DNA of 64,000 nucleotides from an uncultured Gemmatimonadales bacterium (lineage in GTDB: Bacteria > Gemmatimonadota > Gemmatimonadetes > Gemmatimonadales > Gemmatimonadaceae): contig OY969695.1 of NCBI GenBank assembly GCA_963701965.1, positions 160,001-224,000 on the forward strand. The letters run 5' to 3'. The notes beneath the pieces are model-generated. The model ran no database searches. It was not told where the DNA came from and saw only the letters and a list, made by a program, of their open reading frames with translations. The number at the start of each line of letters is the position of its first letter. Position 1 is the first letter of the stretch. The translations under genes and the position numbers were made by a program. Below, one piece after another: positions 48,251 through 57,710 of this stretch.

Positions 48251-48924
48251 GGCGTATCGCCGCCGATCGGCGCTTCGAGCAGGCAACCGAACTCGCGCGC
48301 GAAGTCGACCGAGACCCGCGCGTGCACCGCGCCCTGCTGGTCGAAGAAGCGCTGGCTGCCGGCGAGGGCGAAGACGCCTTCGTGCCAGATGTCAGGATGG
48401 ATGTAGAGGCCTTGGGCGCCGGCGAATCGAAAGCAGACGAAGCGCTCCGGCGTGACGTCGTCGCCGGGCAGCGCCAACGGCACGTAGAACGGCCGCTGAT
48501 CGAGCGGAAAGAACAGCTGGCCGCCATCGGGGTGGTAGTTGGCGTGCCACAGGATCACGCGCCGCGGCGGATCGGCGTGATCGGTGCGCGCGAGCTCCGG
48601 CGCTTCGCCGTAGCCGAGGATGTAGTGGCCGCCGACGGCTTCGTTGCGGCCGTAGAGGATGTCGCCCTGCCATTCGCTCACGAACACGCCCTCGGTCGTG
48701 CCGCCCTGGTCGCCGGTATCGGCGTCGACCGGACGGCGGCCGCGCGCCGGCCAGCGAACGATCTCGACCCGGCACGCCGCGGGATCGTCGACCAGGCGCC
48801 CATAGCCGAGCAGGCTCTCGGGCGAGGCGTCGACGACCGGCATGCGCACGCGCTTCAGGCCCGCGGGCAGGTCGGGGAACAGGTAGTCGATCGGCGCCGC
48901 CGCGCTGCCGCGATCGCCGATCAC
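48241..48924 (-). CDS. Ureidoglycolate lyase-like cupin
   Basis: NYHPDGGQLFFP, GLYIHPDIWH. Confidence 0.7.
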   Translation of the reverse strand: MIGDRGSAAAPIDYLFPDLPAGLKRVRMPVVDASPESLLGYGRLVDDPAACRVEIVRWPARGRRPVDADTGDQGGTTEGVFVSEWQGDILYGRNEAVGGHYILGYGEAPELARTDHADPPRRVILWHANYHPDGGQLFFPLDQRPFYVPLALPGDDVTPERFVCFRFAGAQGLYIHPDIWHEGVFALAGSQRFFDQQGAVHARVSVDFAREFGCLLEAPIGGDTPCS

Positions 48925-49373
48925 GATCCGACTCCGCGCGCCATCAGGCTGGCGCACAGCGCCATCGCGAGCAGCAGGATCAGCTCGAAGCGCAGCATGA
49001 CCACGATCCGACGATGCTCCGTGCCCGAAACGACCGGTGCCAGACCTTGCTTCGTCCGTGCGCCCCACTTGATGAAGCGGATTGTCGGGTAGATCGACAG
49101 CAGGCCGACGCCGATGAACAGCGTCAGCTTGGCGCGAAAGAACGGGTTGGACATGTAGAACGCCTGGCCCTTCTCGAAGTAGTAGACGCGCAGGAAGCCG
49201 ACGACAAGGACCACCATGGCGAAGACGCCGAACCACCGGTCGGCGAGCTGGATGCGCCGCGCCTCGGCGAGCGTCGGCGCGCGGCTCATCGTCTGCCACT
49301 CGAGGAAGACGGTGGCGACGATCGCGAAGACCGCCAGGAAATGCAGGAACGCGAAGACGGCGCTGATCGTCAT
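48921..49373 (-). CDS. DUF2214 family membrane protein
   Basis: FLHFLA, YFEKG, KLTLF, LSIYPT, ASLMARGVG. Confidence 0.8.
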   Translation of the reverse strand: MTISAVFAFLHFLAVFAIVATVFLEWQTMSRAPTLAEARRIQLADRWFGVFAMVVLVVGFLRVYYFEKGQAFYMSNPFFRAKLTLFIGVGLLSIYPTIRFIKWGARTKQGLAPVVSGTEHRRIVVMLRFELILLLAMALCASLMARGVGS

Positions 49374-49384
49374 GGCGCAGAACG

Positions 49385-49735
49385 CTAGAGGCGGATGCCG
49401 AAGCGAGGCAACAGCCACAGCATCATCGCGTACGCGGCAGCGGTGGCCGCGCACGAAAGCGCCAGGCTCGGCCAGAAGCCAATGGCTGCGCGCAGCAACG
49501 CCGGGAACAGCGTGAACAGGACCAGCGAAGGCAGGACCAGCCAAAAGATGTTTTGCGAGAGCGCCGCGACGCGTTCCGCGCTCGCCGACTCGGCGTGCAG
49601 CCAGACGAAGGCGAGCAGCGACGTCAGCGGCAGCGATGCCAGCGCCGCAGCCCACAGCGAGTTGCGCTTGGCGAGCTCGGTGACGGCGACGATGACCAGC
49701 GCCGAGACGAGAACCTTGATGACGTAGTGGGTCAC
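49385..49735 (-). CDS. DUF3147 family membrane protein
   Basis: IKVLVSA...ELAKR...LASLPLTSLL...FWLVLPSL. Confidence 0.8.
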   Translation of the reverse strand: MTHYVIKVLVSALVIVAVTELAKRNSLWAAALASLPLTSLLAFVWLHAESASAERVAALSQNIFWLVLPSLVLFTLFPALLRAAIGFWPSLALSCAATAAAYAMMLWLLPRFGIRL

Positions 49736-49755
49736 GGCGTTCGCATTCCTTCATC

Positions 49756-50068
49756 TCAGCGACAGCTTTCTTCGACCCACCGGCCATAAGGCTCGGACAC
49801 CCGCTCGAGAGGCACGGCGTCGATCGCCGGCAACTCGTACTCGTGCAGCTCGCGAATCGCGCTTTCGACCGCCTGGTAGCGCTCGTCGGTCGTCTTGAAG
49901 AGGATCCGGAACTCCGGATCGTTTGCGATCTTCCCCTGCCAGCGCGTAGAAACTTTCGATCGCCGAGATTTCCGCGCACGCCGCCAATCGGCGCTCGACC
50001 AGCGTCCTGGCGACTCTTCGCGCGGACTCCAGGGTGGCCACGGTCGTGGTGACGGCGAGGAGCTTCAT
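49756..50068 (-). CDS. cutA: Divalent-cation tolerance protein CutA (frameshifted)
   Basis: LVERRLAAC, ELHEYELPAI, YGRW. Confidence 0.85.
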
Positions 50069-50139
50069 CTGCGCGTCGTGTGATCGGCCGGAAAGGATAA
50101 ACCCGCGGCGGCGCCGTTCCGATGGTGTGCTGCGCCGGT

Positions 50140-50638
50140 TCACCGGCAACCGACGGCTTCGGCCACGCCCATCTCCCCGGCGATCAAGGCGAAGTCTGCG
50201 GCCGGGATGTTGGATGTAGCCGAAGCGGAACGCCGCACCCCAGTGCGTCTTGTTCGTGATGAACGACAGGCGCTCCACGAGCGGCTTGATGGCCGCCTCC
50301 ACCGCCTCGCCGAAGAAGCCGATGTCGATGCGGTACGGCTCGAAGTCGTCGGCCATCTGTACCTGGTAGATCGTGCCGGTGGTAACGATGCCGATGGCCG
50401 TGAAGCGCTGCAGCGGCTGACCGTCCGGGTACGACGTTCGCGGCGAGTACATCACCAGCCCGTCGCCGGCATGCATGCGCCGCAGTGGCGCACGCTTGCC
50501 GTGGCTGAGCTGGATGAAGCCACCTTCGACGCCGACACGAACATGCTCGCGCGAGACGACGCCGACCCAGAATTGGCGTCGCGCCGTCGCCACTTCAAGC
50601 GTGGCGCCAGTTGTCGCCTTCCTGCGGGAGGTGCTCAC
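50140..50638 (-). CDS. EVE domain protein (frameshift near 50210)
   Basis: WVGVVSREHV...HGKRAPLRRM...YSPR...FTAIG...WGAAFRFG. Confidence 0.8.
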
Positions 50639-50652
50639 CTGTCGCCCCGCGC

Positions 50653-51447
50653 TCACCAGCGCCACACCTCGGACGGGTTCAGCCAGGGGACGCGCTGCTT
50701 CGCCGAGCTCAGCGCTTCTTCACCCGATTCGAACCGCAGCTCGGAGAACCTGTTCAGCGATTGCCAGCGACTGCTGCCGTCGAGCTCGCTGCGATATTGC
50801 TCGAAGCCGAAGGTGCCGTCCGCTCGCGCGAAGACATCGACGCACCGGGCACCGTCAGCGTCTTCGAACGAAGCGAGAACTTGGTCGTGCCCAGGCCACA
50901 TCGTCGCAACCCGCGAAAGGATGAATTGCGCCCTCGCCGACACCGGACCGCGCGGGACTTCGGCCAGGCGATAGCCCGCCGCTCGATACGCCGCCAGTTC
51001 GGCCTGGTGACCCGCGACGCCTTGTTCGTACGGGTGCCGCCTCTCGGCGTCGTTGACGTAGATCTCGGGCCAGGGCGCCGTGAAGAAGACGACCGGGTGG
51101 TAGCGATAGTCCGCGGCGGCCGCGACGAACGGCGCCTGCTCGATGGCGCTCAGTTCGTTCGCATGACCCAGGCATTCCGGGATGCCCCGGTCGAAGAACA
51201 CCGGCCGCGAGCGCTCGGCGACGGATTCGAACGCCCGGATGTATCCCGCCAGAAGGAGCTCCATGAACTTGCGATGGTCCTGCCAGGGTGTCGCGTCCCC
51301 GCCGGTCGCAAGCTGGCCGCGAACGACCTGCCGGCCGACTTCTTCGACGCACGGGTATCGAAGCGACGACAGCGCTGCGAGGATCGACGACTTGCCCGAG
51401 CCCGAGGCGCCGGTCAGGACGAAGAAGTTGCGGCGCTCGGTCGTCAT
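50653..51447 (-). CDS. AAA_28-like P-loop ATPase with an extra C-terminal domain
   Basis: [26 protein letters not shown]; second module RCVDVFARADGTFGFEQYR. Confidence 0.78.
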   Translation of the reverse strand: MTTERRNFFVLTGASGSGKSSILAALSSLRYPCVEEVGRQVVRGQLATGGDATPWQDHRKFMELLLAGYIRAFESVAERSRPVFFDRGIPECLGHANELSAIEQAPFVAAAADYRYHPVVFFTAPWPEIYVNDAERRHPYEQGVAGHQAELAAYRAAGYRLAEVPRGPVSARAQFILSRVATMWPGHDQVLASFEDADGARCVDVFARADGTFGFEQYRSELDGSSRWQSLNRFSELRFESGEEALSSAKQRVPWLNPSEVWRW

Positions 51448-51475
51448 GGTCGCGAAGCGGGCCCTCGCGCCCGGC

Positions 51476-52051
51476 TCACCGCCCTCGCGCCGGGCGCCAT
51501 TCGTCGCGAAGAAGGCCGTACATCTCGACGTCCTTGACTTCGCCCTTGGTCACCCAACGCTGGCGCAGCAGGCCTTCCTTGGTGAAGCCGAGTCTTTGCA
51601 GCAGGCGCGTAGACGGCCGGTTGCGCGGATCCACCTCCGCTTCGAGGCGGCGCAAGGCCAGGCCGGCGAACGCGCTGTCGATCAGGGCCTGAAGCGCTTC
51701 GTGCATCAGACCGGAACCCCAGTGGGGCCGCCCCAGCACATAGCCGAGCTCGGCGCGAGCGCTTCCTCCTTCGTACCGGAACAGCAGGCAGGTGCCGATC
51801 GCCAGGCCCGACGATTTGCTCACCACGACGAATTGAAGTGCCAGCCCGGTGGCCTGGATGCCTTCCATCCGCTTGAGCCATGCCTCGGCATCGGCCATCG
51901 ACTGCCACCTGGCATAGGGCAGCAACGCAGTGACTTCTTCGTTCGAGTTGACCTCGAGCAGCGCGGGCAAATCCGACCTGGCGACGAGTCGAACGACGAG
52001 GCGCTCGGACTCGATCGGACCCGGCGCGGCCAGTGCGAGGCCTGGGTTCAT
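51476..52051 (-). CDS. GNAT acetyltransferase (RimJ/RimL type)
   Basis: AELGYVL...HWGSG, DPRNRPS, LGFTKEGLLR. Confidence 0.88.
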   Translation of the reverse strand: MNPGLALAAPGPIESERLVVRLVARSDLPALLEVNSNEEVTALLPYARWQSMADAEAWLKRMEGIQATGLALQFVVVSKSSGLAIGTCLLFRYEGGSARAELGYVLGRPHWGSGLMHEALQALIDSAFAGLALRRLEAEVDPRNRPSTRLLQRLGFTKEGLLRQRWVTKGEVKDVEMYGLLRDEWRPARGR

Positions 52052-52434
52052 GGGGTCAGCTGGAGCAGCGTCGCCGCGCACTTCTCCTGCAGCACCGACA
52101 ACGGCGCAGCGGTCCATTGCTGAGAGATGGTGGCGATGACGGACTGGATGTCGCGTTCGAAAGGAACCCTGGTCCTCTCCGCGTCGGCGCGAAGAAACGC
52201 CTCCCCGGACGCCAGGCGGTCCTTGTTCGTCGCAAGCCAGGCGCGAAATGCCGGGTCGAACCGGGCCGAGTAGCCGGTGATGCGCTCGGAGCAGGCGGCC
52301 GCCTTCCTGGGCAAGACCTGCGAGTCCAGAAACAGCAGCGCGTCCTGCTCCGGGGTGGTGACGACCTGTGCCGATACGGGGGCTGAAGCCGCGATCCCGA
52401 GAGCGACCGCCAAGGCAAGCGAATTCCTGCGCAT
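52048..52434 (-). CDS. Small secreted protein with two cysteines
   Basis: Signal peptide MRRNSLALAVALGIAASAPVSA; AAC...EKC. Confidence 0.65.
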   Translation of the reverse strand: MRRNSLALAVALGIAASAPVSAQVVTTPEQDALLFLDSQVLPRKAAACSERITGYSARFDPAFRAWLATNKDRLASGEAFLRADAERTRVPFERDIQSVIATISQQWTAAPLSVLQEKCAATLLQLTP

Positions 52435-52483
52435 GGGTTCGATGATCCTATGGTGGTGAGATGCCTTTGTTGCGCAAGCGCCA

Positions 52484-52525
52484 GACCGAATGAAACGTCG
52501 TCATGCCGGCATTTCATTCGCGGTC
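52484..52525. repeat. Imperfect inverted repeat in a spacer
   Basis: GACCGAATGAAA...TTTCATTCG(CG)GTC. Confidence 0.55.
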
Positions 52526-52534
52526 GACGATAGC

Positions 52535-53013
52535 TCAGTAGGGCGTTCCGTCCTTGTGAATGAATCGCCGCTGGCCGTCGACGAGCACTCCCTGCAGACC
52601 GTCGTCCGGATAGCTGCCCTCGTCTCCCGGCGTTCTGTCACCGGCTTCGAGGTAAGTGACGTCTTGCGACGTCTGATTCAGGAGGCGGTGAGCATTTCCC
52701 GAGCCCGCCTTGAATCCCGCGCAGATGCCGGGCGCGAGCTGCACCTGACCTTCGTTGGTATAAAGCGTCGGGTTGCCGCGCAGATGTACACGAATTCATC
52801 TTGCATCGAGTGGGCATGGCGAAGGGTGGACACCGTGCCAGGCGCAAGTCGAGTGAGATTGACGCCGAAGCTCTTCAGGCCGAAGAGATCGCCGAGTGGT
52901 CGCTTTTCTCGGCCGGCCATCCAGGACGCGAACGGCTCCGGGTAGTTCGACGCGCGGGCCCGCACCGGGGCCTCGGCGGCGATGATTGCGTCAGGGTTGC
53001 GCGATTCGGGCAT
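52535..53013 (-). CDS. Cupin domain protein (frameshift near 52780)
   Basis: LGDLFGLKSFGVNL, HAHSMQDEFVY, GFKAGSGNAHRL. Confidence 0.85.
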
Positions 53014-53028
53014 GGCGTCTTCTCGGGT

Positions 53029-53424
53029 TCATTGCTCTGTCGCCGGCCAGAGGCCGGAGACCGCCACCGCTTCTTCGTCTCCCGGCCAGGGCGGCATGGT
53101 GACTCCAAGCGCCGCGACGGCCTCCGTATCCGACGCGCGGAACTGAAATTGCGTGCCAGCGGGAATCGTCAGGCAGACGCCTGGCTCCAACACGACCACC
53201 TCTTCGCGTTCGGCCTGCCGGCGCCACATTTCGCCGCGCCCGGACACGACGAACCAGATCTCCTCGACGCTGCGATGGCTGACGGCGCGAGAAACCATCC
53301 CGGCCTTCAGCTCGAAGTGCGCCATGCTGCCCGACGCCAATGCCAGCAGGACCCGGACGTCCGAGCCATCCGGCGCGATCACGGTGGGTTTCGAAGGGAG
53401 CGATGACGTGGCGAAGGCGGTCAT
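53029..53424 (-). CDS. Cupin domain protein
   Basis: APDGSDVR, HRSVEEIW, TMPPWPG. Confidence 0.85.
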   Translation of the reverse strand: MTAFATSSLPSKPTVIAPDGSDVRVLLALASGSMAHFELKAGMVSRAVSHRSVEEIWFVVSGRGEMWRRQAEREEVVVLEPGVCLTIPAGTQFQFRASDTEAVAALGVTMPPWPGDEEAVAVSGLWPATEQ

Positions 53425-53445
53425 GCATTCATGACGGTCGAGGCG

Positions 53446-53985
53446 TCAGGCGCCGAGCTGCAGCGCCTCGCTCGAGAGCAGAGACACCCGCGGGCCGAAG
53501 CTCGAGATGTTGCTCAGCGTGGCGTTGTGGTGCTGAATCACCTGGCGCGGCGAGATGTGCTCGTTGCCCTCGGTCGTGTGTGCGTCCGCCACCAGAGTGA
53601 CCGGATAACCGAGGGCGAGCGCCCTGCGCGTGGTCGTGTCGACACAGAACTCCGTATGCAGGCCGCAGATGATCAGGTCGGTGATGGCCCGCTCCTTCAG
53701 CACCGATTCGAGCGTGGTGTGCAAGAAGGAGTCCGGCGTGGTCTTGCGGATGCGCAGGTCGGAAGACTCGACATGCAATCCCCGCGCGAGCTGCCACCCG
53801 TGCGAGTCGTGCGCCAGGACTCCGGATCTCGACTCGTGCTGGATGAAGACGACCGGAACGTTCGCCGCGCGAGCCTTGCTCGAGACTTGATTGATTCGGC
53901 AAATGACTTCGGACGATTCGAAGGCCGCGTGCTCGCCCTCGCACAGACCTTGCTGAACGTCGATGACGAGAAGCGCCGTTGCCAT
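53446..53985 (-). CDS. Cysteine hydrolase (isochorismatase family)
   Basis: ALLVIDVQ, KTTPDSF, GLHTEFCVDTT, DAHTT. Confidence 0.9.
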   Translation of the reverse strand: MATALLVIDVQQGLCEGEHAAFESSEVICRINQVSSKARAANVPVVFIQHESRSGVLAHDSHGWQLARGLHVESSDLRIRKTTPDSFLHTTLESVLKERAITDLIICGLHTEFCVDTTTRRALALGYPVTLVADAHTTEGNEHISPRQVIQHHNATLSNISSFGPRVSLLSSEALQLGA

Positions 53986-54023
53986 GGCTGCAGATTTTGA
54001 GTCGTCGGAAAGAGGCGCCGCCA

Positions 54024-54470
54024 CTAGCCCGGAATCTCGGGCTCGACCAGCGTCGCCAGCTGCATCAGCGACTCCTGCCAGCCGAGATAGCACATCTCGA
54101 GGGGAATCGCCTCGGGGATGCCTTCCTGGAGCACCGACAGCTCGGTGCCGCACGTTACCGCCTCGAGGGTGACGGTCACCTGGAGCAGGCCGGGCAAGTT
54201 GGGATCGTCGAACTTGTCGGTATAGCGGATGAGCCGGTTCGGGACCAGCTCGACGTAGTCGCCGCCGAACGAGTGCGAGTTGCCGGTCGAGAAGTTCCGG
54301 AACGACATCTTGAATGTTCCGCCGACGACGGCCTGCAGGTGATGAACCGTGCAGGTGAAGCCATGCGGCGGCAGCCACTTCGCCATGGCGTCCGCTTCGA
54401 GAAAGGCGCGATAGACCTTCTCGGGCTTGGCTCGAAGGACTCGATGGAGGCGGACACTGCGGGACGACAT
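54024..54470 (-). CDS. SRPBCC/AHSA1 family protein
   Basis: LHRVLRAKPEKVYRAF, WLPPHGF, CYLGWQESL. Confidence 0.88.
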   Translation of the reverse strand: MSSRSVRLHRVLRAKPEKVYRAFLEADAMAKWLPPHGFTCTVHHLQAVVGGTFKMSFRNFSTGNSHSFGGDYVELVPNRLIRYTDKFDDPNLPGLLQVTVTLEAVTCGTELSVLQEGIPEAIPLEMCYLGWQESLMQLATLVEPEIPG

Positions 54471-54555
54471 GACGAATCTCCTTGGCGTGATGGGTGATGA
54501 GAGCGGGCGATCCTCGTTACGCGCGCGCGAACTGCAATTCGCATGGGGACGGCGG

Positions 54556-55005
54556 TCATCGAGGTTTGATGCCGAAGTAGGCCTAGGCCGCCGCGACTGC
54601 CAGGCCGAGCCAGGCCTGGCCGAGGTTGGTGAGCGGAGGGAGCTCCTTCGGGTGATACAGGCCGACGAAGAAGGCGGTCAGGCCCGCGCCCATCCGGGCG
54701 AGCACATAGACCGCGCTGACGATCTTGAGAATCGATTTGGTTCTGTCGGACGCATCGTCGGCAAGCGCCCGGGCGGCGGGCGCGTCGCCCGGCTTCGTGG
54801 CAGCGAGTTCGGCGATGACCAGCGCCGACACGAGCCCGCCCACGATCGCGAGCGCTTGCGCCATTCCGTCGTTGAAGTACCCCTGCGGATAGCTGGTGCA
54901 CCCCGGCCGCGTCGTGCAGCCCGCGACCAGGTAGGCGACGCGGATGAGATGCAGGTAGATGCCGAGCAGGATGACTGCGATGGCGCCGCCGAAGGTCGCT
55001 GGCAT
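54556..55005 (-). pseudogene. Four-TM membrane protein with an in-frame TAG near its end
   Basis: ...WLGLAVAAA*AYFGIKPR*: TAG at 54583-54585 interrupts a hydrophobic tail; GAGGAG RBS upstream. Confidence 0.55.
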
Positions 55006-55057
55006 GTACGGTCTCCTCGCGATGCACCAATGCTAGCGAAGCGCTCCGCCGTCTTCC

Positions 55058-55519
55058 TCAGAGCCAGCGGCGCACGCGTCGCCTGTAGTTCGCGTACTCC
55101 GCGCCGAACAACGCCGCCAGCGCCCGCTCTTCCGGCTTGATCTGGAAAAAAGTGATGTAGACAGCGAAGACGACGGGGCCGAGCACGGCGACCGCCGACG
55201 ATAGGGCAGCAGCCCATCCCAGAAGCACCAGCAACAGCCCGAGATACATCGGATTGCGGGAGAACTTGTAGGCGCCCGATTGCACCAGCGCAGACGATGC
55301 CTGTGGGCGAAGCGGGTTGCGCGTGGTCTTTGCCTGGCCGAACAGGACCGCGGCGGTACCGCTGAAGGCCACCCCCAGCAGGATGAGGATCGTCGCCAAC
55401 GCCACGCGCGCGGACAGCGGCATGGCCAGCGGGGACGTCGCGCGGGCCGCGAACCACATCGCGAGCGCGACGATCAGGGCAACCACGGGTGGCGGAACCT
55501 TGAGCTCGAGCGACGACAT
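55058..55519 (-). CDS. Isoprenylcysteine carboxyl methyltransferase family protein
   Basis: SRNPMYLG, QIKPEERAL, YRRRVRRWL. Confidence 0.88.
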   Translation of the reverse strand: MSSLELKVPPPVVALIVALAMWFAARATSPLAMPLSARVALATILILLGVAFSGTAAVLFGQAKTTRNPLRPQASSALVQSGAYKFSRNPMYLGLLLVLLGWAAALSSAVAVLGPVVFAVYITFFQIKPEERALAALFGAEYANYRRRVRRWL

Positions 55520-55534
55520 GGGGAGGGTGCGGCG

Positions 55535-55921
55535 TCAGGTGCGCGACGAGGATTTGACGGGCACCCGTTGCGCCGGGTCGTAGAAGAACTGCTCCTCTGC
55601 GATGCGCTCGCCCTCCCAGCGCTGATAGGCGAGCTCTTCCATGCGGGTTTTGCTGCCGTCGAGCCACTCGAACTCGAAGATCCAGCGGATGACGACCACG
55701 GAACCGTGGACGAGCACCGGCCGAATGCACTGAGAGCTCACCGACCTGGCGCGCGCCAGAAGCGTTCGTTCGCCGGCGACCAGATTGGATCGTCCGACAC
55801 GAGGGGGACCTTGGTTCTCCCGGATCGCGCCGCTTTCCAGGTAGAACTCCTCGATCGCCTCCGCGTGCGCGTTTTGCTCGACCCGCGCGATGAAGCGCTC
55901 CAGTGTGTCGCTTGAGGGCAT
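55535..55921 (-). CDS. SnoaL/NTF2-like protein
   Basis: AIEEFY, VVIRWIFEF, EELAYQRW, EQFFYDP. Confidence 0.8.
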   Translation of the reverse strand: MPSSDTLERFIARVEQNAHAEAIEEFYLESGAIRENQGPPRVGRSNLVAGERTLLARARSVSSQCIRPVLVHGSVVVIRWIFEFEWLDGSKTRMEELAYQRWEGERIAEEQFFYDPAQRVPVKSSSRT

Positions 55922-55949
55922 GCCTAAGCCTCCGCGTTGCCGACGTCGC

Positions 55950-56369
55950 CTAGCGCCTGCCGACCAGTGCGACGCCGACCGCGAGCAACAGGCACAGCGG
56001 CGAATACAGCAGCGTGTCGAGCCGGGCGAACTTGCTGTCGCGCACGCGCTTGAAGAAGCCGACGTACTTGAACTCGCCGATGGCGCGGGCCAGCAGGCCG
56101 AGCGCTAGGGCATCGCAGAGCCAGGACAGAACACGCACCGGGATGCCGATCTCCACGAGCCCGGCGGTGGCCCCGACAAGGCAGGCAAACAGGAGAAGCA
56201 CCACGCCGACCAGCCCGGTGGCCCATGGCGAGGGAACGAACAGCGGCTTGCCGCCCACGCTCGGGACCGCGCTGCTCGCGTCGGAGGTCGGCCAGAGCGC
56301 CATGCGCAAGTGCCAGAGCGCCAGGGTCACGAAGACAAGGCAGAGCACCGACGCCAGCGCGACGTTCAT
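55950..56369 (-). CDS. DUF3995-like membrane protein
   Basis: RAIGEFKYVGFFK, FARLDTLLYSPLC. Confidence 0.75.
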   Translation of the reverse strand: MNVALASVLCLVFVTLALWHLRMALWPTSDASSAVPSVGGKPLFVPSPWATGLVGVVLLLFACLVGATAGLVEIGIPVRVLSWLCDALALGLLARAIGEFKYVGFFKRVRDSKFARLDTLLYSPLCLLLAVGVALVGRR

Positions 56370-56396
56370 GGGTGGCTGGGCCGTCCGGCGCAAGGG

Positions 56397-56876
56397 TCAG
56401 AACTCACGGCGCTGCCTCATGCGAAGTCCGTTCAGCAAGGTCACAAGCTCTTCGGGATTCATGCCGTAGGACTCCGGCAGCGCGCCCTCGGCGCCGGCCA
56501 GCCGCGTCGCCAGCCTACGCGTTGAGGCGTGGGTCTTGTATCCCTCGCTGTACCTGAGGCCGACCATCGTCGTGGTCCCCATGCTGATCGGCAAGAATTC
56601 CGCCAGGTCGTTCCACGAATGAAACGTCTTGCGGAACATGGAGCACATCGTGAGCCCCCGGTCTTCCAGGAGGAGATACGAGCTGCCCGGCGGGAGATTG
56701 ATGATCGCGACGACCGCACCAAGACCGAAAAAGACGATCGCCGAATAGCCGGCCCAGGGCGAGTCGTGCCGTATGAAGATTCCGCCTGCGACGAATGCCA
56801 CGCAGCCAAGGAGAAGTCCCAGCGACCTCGTGCGCGCACCCTGAAGGCGTCGCGGAAGAGGCGGGGTTGCTTGCAT
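56397..56876 (-). CDS. Two-TM membrane protein with a PH-like domain (STM3941-like)
   Basis: Two TMs, then SYLLLEDRGL...SWNDL...LPESYGM. Confidence 0.6.
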   Translation of the reverse strand: MQATPPLPRRLQGARTRSLGLLLGCVAFVAGGIFIRHDSPWAGYSAIVFFGLGAVVAIINLPPGSSYLLLEDRGLTMCSMFRKTFHSWNDLAEFLPISMGTTTMVGLRYSEGYKTHASTRRLATRLAGAEGALPESYGMNPEELVTLLNGLRMRQRREF

Positions 56877-56885
56877 GGGTGGATT

Positions 56886-56903
56886 CTGCGGTTCGACATG
56901 CGC
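56886..56903 (-). repeat. attC-like relic (3' half)
   Basis: GCGCATGTCGAACCG ending about 15 nt before the next ATG; the core 10-mer is identical to 61807-61816. Confidence 0.5.
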
Positions 56904-56923
56904 GTTGCCAAAAGGCGCGTGCC

Positions 56924-57160
56924 TTATTTGACCGAGCGCCACGGCGCGGCCAACTTCGGCCAACCGAGCCGGCGAGCAAGGAACGCCACGCGCAGCCATG
57001 CAGCACCGTAGACGATGGCGACCGAGGCGAGCGCAGCCATGACCCAGCGCGAGTTCGCCAGTGCGATGTACAGCGCAGTGCACCCGGCCGACAACCATAC
57101 GGCAGACAGGCCTGCCGCCAGGAGCCGCTCGAAGCGGGAGAGCTTGCCATTCCTGCGCAT
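56924..57160 (-). CDS. Small two-TM membrane protein
   Basis: 78-aa hydrophobic ORF in array orientation. Confidence 0.55.
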   Translation of the reverse strand: MRRNGKLSRFERLLAAGLSAVWLSAGCTALYIALANSRWVMAALASVAIVYGAAWLRVAFLARRLGWPKLAAPWRSVK

Positions 57161-57199
57161 GATGCTGACTAGGCCGCGATGTCCTGGTTCATGGGTGCT

Positions 57200-57234
57200 C
57201 CCGGACCGGTTGAAGGGGGCTGGAGGGGTTAGAC
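57200..57234 (-). repeat. attC-like relic (5' half)
   Basis: GTCTAAC (RYYYAAC) containing the TAA stop of the upstream gene, followed by CCCTCC. Confidence 0.55.
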
Positions 57235-57705
57235 CTCACCGGGTTTGGGAACGACGCGCAGCGTGGCATTGAGGATCTCCCGGTCCTCCGGATCGGGAAG
57301 CGCCGCGATCAGCCGCTCGGCCTCGCGATAGCTGCTTGCATGGGCTTCCCGCTCGCCGGCTGCCGCCGCGACGCTGGCCTTGACAGCGAAGGCGCAAGCT
57401 CGTTCCCAAGGCTCGCAATCCTGTCCGAGGAAAAGCGGCTCGGACTGCGCCAGGTAGTGCTTGGCTGGATTCGGCAACTTCAGCAACGCGTAGACGTGCG
57501 CTACGAGTTGCGCCGCACGGGCCCGGTTTCCCGCGGTGCCGACGAGCTTCCAGAAGTACATCGACGCATGAGCCGCCTGAAGCATTTCCTCGTCCTCCTG
57601 CGGAGAGCGTTGCGACTCCGACAGTCGCCAGGCTCGATTGTTCGCCTGCGCGGCCAGTCGCCGCTGCCAGCGCGCGACTTCCTCGGGTGATGGGGAATCG
57701 GTCAT
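57229..57705 (-). CDS. Hypothetical helical protein
   Basis: 158-aa ORF, ANNRAW...MLQAAHASMYFW; flanked by R'-like and R''-like sites. Confidence 0.7.
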   Translation of the reverse strand: MTDSPSPEEVARWQRRLAAQANNRAWRLSESQRSPQEDEEMLQAAHASMYFWKLVGTAGNRARAAQLVAHVYALLKLPNPAKHYLAQSEPLFLGQDCEPWERACAFAVKASVAAAAGEREAHASSYREAERLIAALPDPEDREILNATLRVVPKPGEV

Positions 57706-57710
57706 AGGTG

